Shown: one piece after another, positions 9,410-18,352 of the stretch
Layout of the letters: every line of letters begins with the position of its first letter
Numbering within the stretch: the stretch's first letter is position 1
Assembly: GCA_964647265.1 (NCBI GenBank)
Contig: CAZYGP010000001.1
Location: forward strand, 1-46,106
Length of the DNA: 46,106 bases
Direction of reading: 5' to 3'
Origin: an uncultured Acidimicrobiaceae bacterium
GTDB taxonomy: Bacteria > Actinomycetota > Acidimicrobiia > Spongiisociales > UBA5794
Position numbers and translations under genes: made by a program
The notes under the pieces: model-generated
The model's database searches: none
Told to the model about the DNA's origin: nothing
The model's input: only the letters and a program-made list of their open reading frames with translations

Positions 9410-9760
9410 TCATACAGCGTGCACCTGCCGCGCGCGGCCGAGGGCCACGAGGTACCCGACAGCCCCGCCAACCACCGCCGCGGCGAAGGATTCGAACGCG
9501 GCATTCCCCCACGGCAGCAGCGACGCGCCCTGGAGCGCGCCTCCCAGCGCAAGGAGGGTCGTGAGTGCTACGGCGATTGTGAAGCCGGCCATGGCCATCG
9601 GGAGCGGCCTGCGGTCCGATCGATCCGCGATCGGCGGCCATGCCGCGACGATCAGCGGGGCCAGGTGATATGTCGTTGTTGGAGAGATGCTCGCGAGCAC
9701 TACCCATAGGGAACCGAATGCCGCAGCACCCAGGAGCGGCGCGTAGCTCTTGATGTTCAT
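9410..9760 (-). CDS. Small hydrophobic membrane protein (116 aa)
   Basis: It has three to four hydrophobic segments. It lies 43 nt upstream of, and co-oriented with, DUF3179 copy 1. Confidence 0.5.
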   Translation of the reverse strand: MNIKSYAPLLGAAAFGSLWVVLASISPTTTYHLAPLIVAAWPPIADRSDRRPLPMAMAGFTIAVALTTLLALGGALQGASLLPWGNAAFESFAAAVVGGAVGYLVALGRARQVHAV

Positions 9761-9848
9761 GGCTTGGCAACGCTCGCGATTACTGCCGCCGTTCGCCGAT
9801 GGTCAGAACTCCGACAGTCTGGTCGGGACTCCGCGAGTCGTGCGACAG

Positions 9849-10631
9849 TCACCTCACGGAGCAGGACAGGCCCCAGTCGTACGTCTGGAACCCGACTCCG
9901 GGCGTAGCGGCCTCGATCGACTCCTGTGTCGACGGCTCGATCCAACTGCTCAACGCTGAGAGCACGGCGCGCCGGCGCGTGGGGAGGATCGTGGGCATAC
10001 TCGCCGGCCGGACGAAGTCAGCGCCGAACCACAGGAACACCCTCGACAGCATCACCAGGTTGCGCTCCTCGTCGTAGATCAGGCCGCCCGATGCGAGGAA
10101 GTGGCGCATCTGGTCATCCAGTTGCTGGGCGATGACGACACCTCGGTACGGTTCACCGCGCAACGTGGGACATGACACAGATCCGCAGACCAGGGCAGCG
10201 TGGATGCGAGGGTCGCGGAACCTTCGCAGCTTGCCGTGCTCGATGTCGTCGAGCGACAGGTCCTCGCCGCCGATCCGTACGACCGGTTTGCGAAACGCAC
10301 CGGGGACGAGCAGCACGGACGTCGCCCCCTGCTGCTGTGCCTCCGCCGCACGAGCGAGTGCGCCTGCGTTGTAGAGGTTGATCCACATGGCCAGTGCCTC
10401 GTCGCGGGTCAGCTCATCGGGATCGACCGCCCGAACGGAGGAGAGGTAGGCACCGAGGTCCCCGGACAGTGACGTGAGCACGCCCGGTCCGTTGTCGGCG
10501 AGTCTCGAGAGTGAGCCTGCCAGCGCCCCGTGGTCCATCGTGGAGGTCCCGAGCGGATTCGGTCTGGCCACCCGCGCAAGGGCTGACACGATCGACCATG
10601 CGGCCACGACCGGGTTTGGGCTATCGCTCAT
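9849..10631 (-). CDS. DUF547 domain protein
   Basis: WINLYNAGAL ... LSLDDIEHGKLRRFRDPRIHAALVCGSVSCPTL is present. The start is trimmed to MSDSPNP at 10631. Confidence 0.7.
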   Translation of the reverse strand: MSDSPNPVVAAWSIVSALARVARPNPLGTSTMDHGALAGSLSRLADNGPGVLTSLSGDLGAYLSSVRAVDPDELTRDEALAMWINLYNAGALARAAEAQQQGATSVLLVPGAFRKPVVRIGGEDLSLDDIEHGKLRRFRDPRIHAALVCGSVSCPTLRGEPYRGVVIAQQLDDQMRHFLASGGLIYDEERNLVMLSRVFLWFGADFVRPASMPTILPTRRRAVLSALSSWIEPSTQESIEAATPGVGFQTYDWGLSCSVR

Positions 10632-10752
10632 GGCTGTGCAAACCTCGGCGCGGTCCGGTCTCTTCCTGCAAGTGTGATCCTCGTCGAACGACCAATTGTC
10701 GGACGTCTGACACTGATCGAGCACTCCTCGTGGTCCAGGGCTTCCCTGCGTC

Positions 10753-11601
10753 TCAGGTGGTGCCTCCCCTGCGCAGTGCAACTCGTCTGGCGAGCTCGCC
10801 GAAGGTCGGGTCGATCTCGTAGCGGTACCCTTCCCACCACCCATCCTTGTCGGGTACGAAGCGCCGTGGGGAGGCGACCGACGAGGCAAGGGCTCTGGCC
10901 TTCATGGCTCGTTCGAGCTCCCGCATCGCGGCGTCGTCGAGGTCGGCCGCGGGGACCGGCGGAAGAATCTCCATCGACACGCGTTGCCCGATTCGAACGG
11001 TGGGGGCGAAGGGGTGGGCCCACACGGTGTGGCTCCCCGTCAGCACCACGGGCAGAAGCGGTCGGTCGACGCTCCGGGCGATCCGCGAGACGCCCGTTCT
11101 GAAGGCGACCTCGATACCCAGTATCGATCCCTGCGGGAAGACGACGAGGCTCTCCCCGGACTCGAAGACGCCGTGGATGTCACGCATCAGGCTCCGACTC
11201 GCCGCCACGCCCGGGCGCTCATCGACGCGAACCTGACGAGAAGCCCGCAGATAAGCACCGAGCACGGGCCAGTCGAACAGCTCGTCACGTGCGGTGAAGC
11301 GCAGGTCAAGGGGCAACCTGAGCAGGGCGAGAGCATCGGCGAATCCCTCGTGGAGGGACGCCACCACGTACTGGCTCTTCGAGTCCACGTGGTGCAGTCC
11401 GGTGATGTCGAGCCGAAGGTCGACGAGCCTCGCCGCGCTCGCCGCCCAGGTCCGCTCGGCTGCGCGCATGACTCGACGGCTCCCTGTGGCAGCCAGGACG
11501 GTCAGGAAGCGCCCGCCGGCGCCGACGAGGAGACGGGATCCAACAGCCACACGGAGTGCATCTGCATCGTTTGCGGCCACGAACCGAGGCAGCTCGCTCA
11601 C
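10753..11601 (-). CDS. Lysophospholipid (PlsC-type) acyltransferase
   Basis: The H(X)4D box (SLHEGFAD) and FPQGSI motifs are present. The GTG start overlaps the upstream stop as GTGA. Confidence 0.7.
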   Translation of the reverse strand: MSELPRFVAANDADALRVAVGSRLLVGAGGRFLTVLAATGSRRVMRAAERTWAASAARLVDLRLDITGLHHVDSKSQYVVASLHEGFADALALLRLPLDLRFTARDELFDWPVLGAYLRASRQVRVDERPGVAASRSLMRDIHGVFESGESLVVFPQGSILGIEVAFRTGVSRIARSVDRPLLPVVLTGSHTVWAHPFAPTVRIGQRVSMEILPPVPAADLDDAAMRELERAMKARALASSVASPRRFVPDKDGWWEGYRYEIDPTFGELARRVALRRGGTT

Positions 11602-12245
11602 AGGTGCGCGTACTGCACGGCTGCTGCCCTCTTCCTCGCACCCAGAACCAGCGTGGACACGGCGATGATCGCTGCCACGACATCGAACGGCAACACGTGC
11701 CGAATGAGGGCATCACGGTCGACGACCCAGCCACCATCGGCTGCGAAGCCGACGGCATCCAGGTAGCTCCAGATCGACCACACGCACACGGCCGCGACCA
11801 TGAGCGCCGCCACCATGCCCGCACGTCGACCTGCGATCCACGTCACGCCGATGAGGACTGCCGCGGTGACCCACGCAATATCCATCGCGGACAGCAGCTG
11901 GAGGAACTGTGCAGAGGGCTGGAATCTGAGCGCGGCCGAGGACGCCAGGGTGACGAGGGCGACGGCTCCCGTGGTGAGGGCGACCACCGACGCACCGGAG
12001 GCGAGATGGCGCGAGGTCGGCGACAGCCACACGAACCACGGCCGGGGAAGGTACCGGGACAGGTCCCCGGCAAGGGCGAGGCCAAGCACGACCAAGGCGG
12101 CGAGGTGAAGGATCATGAGAGCGGAGAGATCTGTCGCCGCCGGCGCAGAGACGACGAGACCCGCCGCGGCGAAGATCGCCGCGGCGGGCACCACCCACAG
12201 CACCGCCCTTGCGACGGCTGCTTCGATCGCTACAGGGTCGCTCAC
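11598..12245 (-). CDS. Hydrophobic membrane protein (about 215 aa)
   Basis: It has multiple TM segments. The start is set at the GTG at 12245, which forms a GTGA overlap with the reductase stop. The longer ORF in the track would overlap the reductase by 94 nt. Confidence 0.5.
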   Translation of the reverse strand: MSDPVAIEAAVARAVLWVVPAAAIFAAAGLVVSAPAATDLSALMILHLAALVVLGLALAGDLSRYLPRPWFVWLSPTSRHLASGASVVALTTGAVALVTLASSAALRFQPSAQFLQLLSAMDIAWVTAAVLIGVTWIAGRRAGMVAALMVAAVCVWSIWSYLDAVGFAADGGWVVDRDALIRHVLPFDVVAAIIAVSTLVLGARKRAAAVQYAHL

Positions 12246-13711
12246 ACGAATATTCTCGCCTGTTCGTCCCGGTATGTCTCGAGGAGCCGCAGCCACACCT
12301 CGCTGAGAGTCGGAAACGCCGGAACGGCGTGCCACAGCGTTGCAAGAGGCACCTCGCCGACAATGGCAATGGTCGCGGCGTGCAGGAGCTCTCCTGCACG
12401 AGGCCCGACGAAGGTCGCGCCGATGATGATGTCGCGGGCGGGATCGATCACCAGCTTGCTCGTACCCTTATAGCCCCTGCCCAGCGTGGCGGCGCCAGCG
12501 ACGTGGCCAATGTCGTAGCTGACGGTGTGGATCTCGATCCCTTGCGAGCGGGCCTGGGCCTCCGTCAACCCCACGGCAGCGAGCTCGGGGCTGGTGAAGA
12601 CCACCCTCGGCGTGGCACGTGTGTCGCCCCAGGCACGTGTCTCGTTCCCCGCGACGACGGCACCTGCGATGCGAGCCTGATACTTCCCCGTGTGGGTCAA
12701 CAGTGATCGTCCGTTCACATCGCCGACGGCGAACAGCCAGCCACCTGGAACGTCTCGGGCCCTGAGATGCTCATCGACCTCGATGTATGTGCCAGCCTCC
12801 AGCCCCACGGTCTCGAGGCCGACATCTGTTGTGTTCGGACGGCGGCCGGTGGAGACGAGGACCTCATCAGCCTCGATGGAGATCGTCGTTCCGTCCACGA
12901 GATCCACCACTGCCGTCACGGGCCCGTCGGTGCCAAGACGTCCGATCTCCGTCGTCACAGCCGACGTGTGCACGACGATGCCCATGCGGACGAGGGCGTC
13001 AGCGAGCTCCCTTCCGGCGAACGACTCCTCGCGAGGGAGGAGATGGTCGGCGAGCTCGAGGATCGTCACCTCCTCACTGCCCAGCCACTTCCACGCCTGG
13101 GCCATCTCGACACCAACGACGCCTCCACCGATGACGAGCAGCCGGCGCGGTGCCTTCTTCGCGGTTGTCACTGCCCGACTGTCCCAGATGCCCGCACCCG
13201 CAAGGCCGGGTATCGGCGGAAACGACGCAGACGAGCCGGTGGCGACAATCACAGCTCTATCCGCCCGGAACGTGCGAATGGCGCCCTCGGCATCGGTCAC
13301 CTCGACACGACGTTCACCCGCCAGACGGGCATGGCCCCGGATGAGGTCGACGCCCGCCCCCTCCAGCCAGGCCACCTGTCCCGAATCGTCCCAGTTCCCG
13401 GACAGGGCGTCGCGCCGAGCGAGTGCCTCCTCGATGTCGATCGATCCCGTTGCAGCGGCCCGAGCGCCCGGCACCCTTCGTATCGCGTCGAGCGCCTCAC
13501 CTGCTCGGAGGAGAGCCTTGGAGGGCATGCATGCCCAGTAAGTGCACTCCCCGCCGACGAGATCGTGTTCCACGAGCGCTACCCGCAGGCCGCCCCGTAC
13601 GGCTATGTCTGCCGCGTTCTCACCTGCCGGCCCACCACCGATGACCACGACGTCGTATGACGTGTCGTCACCATCGGTGGGGAGCGGTGCTGGTCGGTCG
13701 TGGTTCTGCAT
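12242..13711 (-). CDS. FAD/NAD(P)-dependent pyridine nucleotide-disulfide oxidoreductase (dihydrolipoamide-dehydrogenase / mycothione-reductase-like)
   Basis: It has a dinucleotide fold (VVVIGGGPAGENAA), a redox-active disulfide motif (GGECTYWACMPSK), a second Rossmann motif (LLVIGGGVVGVEMA) and a C-terminal dimerisation region. Confidence 0.8.
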   Translation of the reverse strand: MQNHDRPAPLPTDGDDTSYDVVVIGGGPAGENAADIAVRGGLRVALVEHDLVGGECTYWACMPSKALLRAGEALDAIRRVPGARAAATGSIDIEEALARRDALSGNWDDSGQVAWLEGAGVDLIRGHARLAGERRVEVTDAEGAIRTFRADRAVIVATGSSASFPPIPGLAGAGIWDSRAVTTAKKAPRRLLVIGGGVVGVEMAQAWKWLGSEEVTILELADHLLPREESFAGRELADALVRMGIVVHTSAVTTEIGRLGTDGPVTAVVDLVDGTTISIEADEVLVSTGRRPNTTDVGLETVGLEAGTYIEVDEHLRARDVPGGWLFAVGDVNGRSLLTHTGKYQARIAGAVVAGNETRAWGDTRATPRVVFTSPELAAVGLTEAQARSQGIEIHTVSYDIGHVAGAATLGRGYKGTSKLVIDPARDIIIGATFVGPRAGELLHAATIAIVGEVPLATLWHAVPAFPTLSEVWLRLLETYRDEQARIFV

Positions 13712-13971
13712 CGTGGATCCTTTCGAGGATTGGCGCGGCTGGCGCGCCGAACGTTGTCTTCGTGAACCCCGCCGGGCATCGGTCGAACCTGGTCACCGGT
13801 TCGGCAGGCTGGTGGGTCGTCAAGGGAACGGATCGGTTGGCCCGGGGCTTCAGGGACTGTCGGGGTCCCGACACTCGCGGGCGACTCTCGGAATGGGAGG
13901 TTGTCGCGATCACTTGGTCATGGTGGGACCACGGCCGTGGCCGGGACCCTTCACGACCCAAGGAAACACAC

Positions 13972-14472
13972 ATGCAGACCACATCCGCCACCGTCGAGAT
14001 CGGAGCCCCAGCGCAGAAGGTGTGGGAGGTCCTCGCAGACTTCGGCAACATCGCCGCATTCAATCCGGGTCTCATTCGCTCATACCTCACCGGCGAGTCA
14101 GCCGGTGGCGTCGGGGCGACCCGTCACTGCGATCTCGCCGTTCCCGGCGCCTCCATCGAGGAGAGAATCATCGATTGGGTCGACGGCGAGTCGTACACGG
14201 TCGACATCTATCAGGGCACCCGCAATCCGTTCGCCAGCGCCACAGCCACGCTCGGGGTGTCCTCCATCGATGCAGAGAGCTCTCGCGCGATGATGACGAT
14301 CCGGTGGAAGGCGAAAGGTGGGATCCTCTCAGGGCTGCTCGATCGTGGTCTTCGAGGGCAGAACCGCAAGGCGATCAAGGGCGTCCTCGCCGGCCTGAAG
14401 CATCATGTCGAGACCGGTGCGCCCGTCGAGGCACGCCAGCGAGTTGACACGTCCTCCGTCAGTAGAGCGTGA
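13972..14472 (+). CDS. SRPBCC (polyketide cyclase/START-like) family protein
   Basis: An RBS (aaggaaaca) precedes the ATG at 13972. The N-terminus IGAPAQKVWEVLADFGNIAAFNP is typical of SRPBCC proteins. Confidence 0.65.
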   Translation: MQTTSATVEIGAPAQKVWEVLADFGNIAAFNPGLIRSYLTGESAGGVGATRHCDLAVPGASIEERIIDWVDGESYTVDIYQGTRNPFASATATLGVSSIDAESSRAMMTIRWKAKGGILSGLLDRGLRGQNRKAIKGVLAGLKHHVETGAPVEARQRVDTSSVSRA

Positions 14473-14524
14473 CTCAGCGCCACCCGCCTCGCGTGGGAGA
14501 CGTTGTCGGCGACCCATCGGCAGT

Positions 14525-15511
14525 TCACCTGTGTCGAGCGAGCGCGAGGCCGAACCACTTCCTCTGATCCGTGTACCAACGCTCCACGCTGAGTCCGGCG
14601 CGAGTCAACTCATCGGACACCATCGAGCGACTGAACTTGCACGACACCTCGGTGCGGATTCGCTCCCCCTCACCAATGTGCACGGTGAGGTCGAGTGCGG
14701 CGCAATGCACACGCATGGCACGTGATGCCTCGAGCCACGCCTCCATGCGTGACTCCCGCCTGTTCCAAACCGGTCGATGGATGAAGTCCTCGACGGGGAA
14801 GTCCGTGCCGAGTTCCCGGTTGACGACGGCGAGGATGTTACGGGTGAAGGCAGCGGTGACTCCCGCGGCGTCGTTGTAGGCGCGGATCATCGTGGCAGGG
14901 TCCTTCACCAGGTCGACGCCGAGCAGGAATCCATCGTTCGGATCGAGCATCGCTGCGACACTTCCGTAGAAGGCGAGCCGCTCCTCTTCGATGAGGTTGC
15001 CGATGGTCGACCCGAGGAACGTCACAAGGCGCCTGCCCCTGCGAGGAACACGATCGAGGTCCACATCGAAGTCACCGACCAGGCCATCGATCGCGAGTTC
15101 GGGGTAGTCGTCGCACAGGGCGCGGACGGCCTCCTCGAGGGCTGATTCGCTGATGTCGATCGGTACGTAGCGGCGCCCCAGGTCGAGGTCGAGCATGGCA
15201 TCGAGCAGAATGCGCGTTTTGTCTGCTGAACCCGCTCCAAGCTCTATCAACTCCTCCGGCCGCGTTCGGCGCATGATGTCGGTCGCCGAGGCACTCAGGA
15301 TGGCCGTTTCGGTCCGCGTCAGGTAGTACTCGGGGAGGTGCGTGATCCGGTCGAACAGCTCGGATCCTGTGGCGTCATAGAAGTACTTGGACGGAATCGT
15401 CTTGGGTTCGACCGCCATTCCTGACAGGATGTCGGCGGCCAGCTCGGATCGATGATCCTGCAGTGGGGACAGCCTTCGAATAGTGACCGGCGCAGCCTCG
15501 GCGGTCCGCAT
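14525..15511 (-). CDS. egtD: L-histidine N-alpha-methyltransferase EgtD
   Basis: IPSKYFYDATGSELFDRITHLPEYYLTRTE, IELGAGSADKT and YVPIDIS are present. The start at 15511 forms an ATGA overlap with the egtB stop. Confidence 0.85.
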   Translation of the reverse strand: MRTAEAAPVTIRRLSPLQDHRSELAADILSGMAVEPKTIPSKYFYDATGSELFDRITHLPEYYLTRTETAILSASATDIMRRTRPEELIELGAGSADKTRILLDAMLDLDLGRRYVPIDISESALEEAVRALCDDYPELAIDGLVGDFDVDLDRVPRRGRRLVTFLGSTIGNLIEEERLAFYGSVAAMLDPNDGFLLGVDLVKDPATMIRAYNDAAGVTAAFTRNILAVVNRELGTDFPVEDFIHRPVWNRRESRMEAWLEASRAMRVHCAALDLTVHIGEGERIRTEVSCKFSRSMVSDELTRAGLSVERWYTDQRKWFGLALARHR

Positions 15512-16902
15512 CAGGCTCTCGTTCCATCGACGGCGGCAGATCCTGACATCATCGGGGAGTCCGACGGGGGCCACGCGAGACGGAATCCCGCAAAGATCTG
15601 TCGTCTTATCGGAAGGTCCCAATTCCGAAAGCTGCCCCTCGCCACCGACGCCGACGTCGCCCAGGAGGCTCCGCGCAGCACCCGGTAGTCCTCCCCGAAG
15701 AACACTTCCGAGTACTCCGGATACGGGAACGTCGTGTAGCCCGGATACGGGAGGAAGAGCGAGGACGTCCACTCGTAGACATCACCGATCATCTGCTCCA
15801 CGCCGAGCGCTGAGGCGCCGTGTGGGTGACTTCCGACGGGTGATGGTCCCCACGTGGCGTGATCGAGGTTCGCGTGGAGGGGCGTCGGCGGATCGTTCCC
15901 CCACGGGAATCTGCGGGTCGTGCGCGTGGACGGATCCCAGACCGCAGCCTTCTCCCACTCTGCCTCGGTGGGGAGCCTCCCGCCCGCCCACCGGGCGAAG
16001 GCATCGGCCTCATGGTACGAGACGTGTTGGACGGGCTCTCGGGGATCCAAAGGGACGACATGGCCGAATCGGCGAACCACCCAGCCCCCTTCGAGGTCGG
16101 GTATCCATCCTTGGGGCGCATCATGGCCGACGCTTCTGAGCCACTCCCACCCGGCCTTGGACCACCACTCCGGTGTCCTGTATCCGCCAGCCATGACGAA
16201 CTCGGCGAATCGACGGACGGTGACGGGGTAGCGGTCGATTTCGAACGCGTCGACGCGGACCGTGTGGGAGGGGCGCTCGTTGTCGTACGCACTCGACGAG
16301 TCATCGGTCCCCAGGGAGAATGGACCTCCCGGCACGAGAACCCGTGAGACGTCGTCCAACGTCCGGCGATGACGGCGAGGGAGCGACACGAGGGGATACG
16401 GGTCGAGATCTGGTCGCAGATCGAGCGCCTGGAGCATGGTCTCCTGGTGCTGTGCCTCGTGCTGGATGACCATGCCGAAGACGTATCCGTGCCTCGTGAG
16501 CCCGTCGTCGGGATCGAACTCACGACCGCCGAGGATGCTGAGGGCGTCCCTGCGAACCTCCCGCAGATACTCGATGGCGTCACGGCGGCCGAGGACGTCC
16601 AGATCACCCCGGCACCATCGCGGGTTCTCGAAGGGGTTGTATACATGATCGAGCCTGACGTCGTGGGGTTCACGCCCGTCGAGCACCCTCAGGAGCCAGA
16701 GCTCCTCGAAGTTCCCGATGTGGCCCACGTCCCACACCAGAGGGCTCATGATCGAATGGTGCTGCCGCTCGAGGTCATCCTCGGTCAGAGGAGCGATCAA
16801 GCGATGGGTTCGGTCACGAACCGCGGCGAGGCCCGACTCGAGGTCCCTCCGGCGGGAGCTCTGATCGATTCCTGTGGTGACCGGACCCCCGATCGCCGCC
16901 AT
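15511..16902 (-). CDS. egtB: Ergothioneine sulfoxide synthase EgtB (DinB-like plus FGE-sulfatase domains)
   Basis: SPLVWDVGHIGNFEELW (DinB-type His) is present, with GGRLPTEAEWEKAA, GDVYEWTSS and RGASW in the C-terminal domain. ATGA overlaps occur at both ends. Confidence 0.85.
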   Translation of the reverse strand: MAAIGGPVTTGIDQSSRRRDLESGLAAVRDRTHRLIAPLTEDDLERQHHSIMSPLVWDVGHIGNFEELWLLRVLDGREPHDVRLDHVYNPFENPRWCRGDLDVLGRRDAIEYLREVRRDALSILGGREFDPDDGLTRHGYVFGMVIQHEAQHQETMLQALDLRPDLDPYPLVSLPRRHRRTLDDVSRVLVPGGPFSLGTDDSSSAYDNERPSHTVRVDAFEIDRYPVTVRRFAEFVMAGGYRTPEWWSKAGWEWLRSVGHDAPQGWIPDLEGGWVVRRFGHVVPLDPREPVQHVSYHEADAFARWAGGRLPTEAEWEKAAVWDPSTRTTRRFPWGNDPPTPLHANLDHATWGPSPVGSHPHGASALGVEQMIGDVYEWTSSLFLPYPGYTTFPYPEYSEVFFGEDYRVLRGASWATSASVARGSFRNWDLPIRRQIFAGFRLAWPPSDSPMMSGSAAVDGTRA

Positions 16903-18167
16903 CAGCTGGAACCTGCCCAGTCGATCGCCCTGACCGGATCGCGAGCCATGACCATTCGCAATTCATCGGCAGGGCTGCGATATCGGTCGACCCAGCCCTC
17001 GACGAACGAGCCTGCGTCGGCCAGATGGCTCGCAGCGACGGCGGTCGACATCGAGTGCGCGCCTGCCAGTGCGACGTTCCACACAAGGGAGGCGAGCCTG
17101 GCGAGGTCGACATCTTCGAGGCCTGCGCCAGCCGCCCTCCTCCACAGATCAACGGAGTCGAGACCATCTGTGATATTGAGGATCTGCGTGCCCGCTGCGA
17201 CGTCGTAGACGGCTGCCGAGACGAGGACCACGAGCGCAGGAAGGAGTCGCAACGGAAGCGAGTCGGCGCTCCGGATCTCGAGCGTTCCGTGCCGGGGCCG
17301 AACCTCCGGGAACAAGGTTGTCAGGTGATACCGGATGTCGTCGGCTGTCGGACCACCCCATAGCGGATGGCCGTCCCGTTGCCACGTCGCGAAGGAATGG
17401 TTGCGAGGGACTGCTTGCCAGGTGGTACCGCGACGGACGACGACGACATCGGCACCGAGGGCCATCTCCCACATCCCGCGCGCCGGATCGCCGGCAAGAT
17501 CGAGGAAGCCGGTCCTCGTGGGGTCGAGTCGTTGCCATACGCGTGCCCTCCCGGAGTGGGCGCGTGTCGTCGGACTCGTCGAGAAGGACGCCGTCACGAA
17601 CGGTGCGAGCGCCTGGGCAACCCTGGCCCTATGGGGAAAGAGTTGTCCGCCGCCGTCCAGGTTGACCTGCACAGACGCGCTGTGGCGCATCATCACGCGA
17701 CCCCAACGTGACCGCGCGGTCAGGTAGCGATCCATCATGGGATATCGCGGCTCGCTGAGCTGGAGGGGAATCGATCGCACGTCATTCCAGAGGTCCAGGC
17801 CCGTGAACACCAGTAGGGAGCCAGCGACATCTCGTAGGGTCGACCACGCTCGGAGCTGGGAAGCGATTGCATCAGAGATCGTCGCCTTGGGTGCGGTCGC
17901 GATCTCCACCTGACCCCCCGGCTCGAACGACACAACCGCATCGTCGAGGTCGAACCGTGGATCACCGTCGTGTGGCCTCGCGGTGAGGGACCGCCGCAGG
18001 AGCGGTTCCATGGCCGAGATCGGGATGCGGCCACCCGTAGCGGACATGGGGAACGCCTCGACCTCGAGGCCTACGCTGGTACCGGCGGTTGCCGGTTCGA
18101 TGGTGGCCGAACGGACGACTTCGAACGGGTCAACCGAGGTCGTGGGCGCGGCGAGAGACGTGACCAT
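16902..18167 (-). CDS. egtA: Glutamate-cysteine ligase family 2 protein (EgtA-like)
   Basis: The 421-aa product has a GCS2-type layout and is translationally coupled (ATGA) to egtB. The assignment rests partly on context. Confidence 0.65.
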   Translation of the reverse strand: MVTSLAAPTTSVDPFEVVRSATIEPATAGTSVGLEVEAFPMSATGGRIPISAMEPLLRRSLTARPHDGDPRFDLDDAVVSFEPGGQVEIATAPKATISDAIASQLRAWSTLRDVAGSLLVFTGLDLWNDVRSIPLQLSEPRYPMMDRYLTARSRWGRVMMRHSASVQVNLDGGGQLFPHRARVAQALAPFVTASFSTSPTTRAHSGRARVWQRLDPTRTGFLDLAGDPARGMWEMALGADVVVVRRGTTWQAVPRNHSFATWQRDGHPLWGGPTADDIRYHLTTLFPEVRPRHGTLEIRSADSLPLRLLPALVVLVSAAVYDVAAGTQILNITDGLDSVDLWRRAAGAGLEDVDLARLASLVWNVALAGAHSMSTAVAASHLADAGSFVEGWVDRYRSPADELRMVMARDPVRAIDWAGSS

Positions 18168-18352
18168 GATGAACCCTCCAACGCCAGCAGCGACGGAGCA
18201 TTGAGAGAATGACCCAAAAGCGACAATCCCTCGGGCCGCGGACTAGCTCAACGCGCGCAGTTCGCAGGAGTATCCGCCGCACCGGCGTCAGGCAATGGTC
18301 GGAAATGCGACAATTACCCGCCCGCCTGCGCCGGAGCCTGGTTGATGGAGCC

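Noticed and set aside
8119-9552. Long N-terminal extensions in the ORF track (8119-9552, 9849-10889, 14525-15772, 18209-19672, 22087-22980, 28167-29531, 30288-32546, 32425-34923, 13657-14472, 21143-22030, 20431-21354).
   Set aside because: The extensions are Arg/Pro-rich, overlap upstream genes, or precede obvious signal peptides, RBS-linked start codons or ATGA/GTGA coupling points. Starts were trimmed accordingly.
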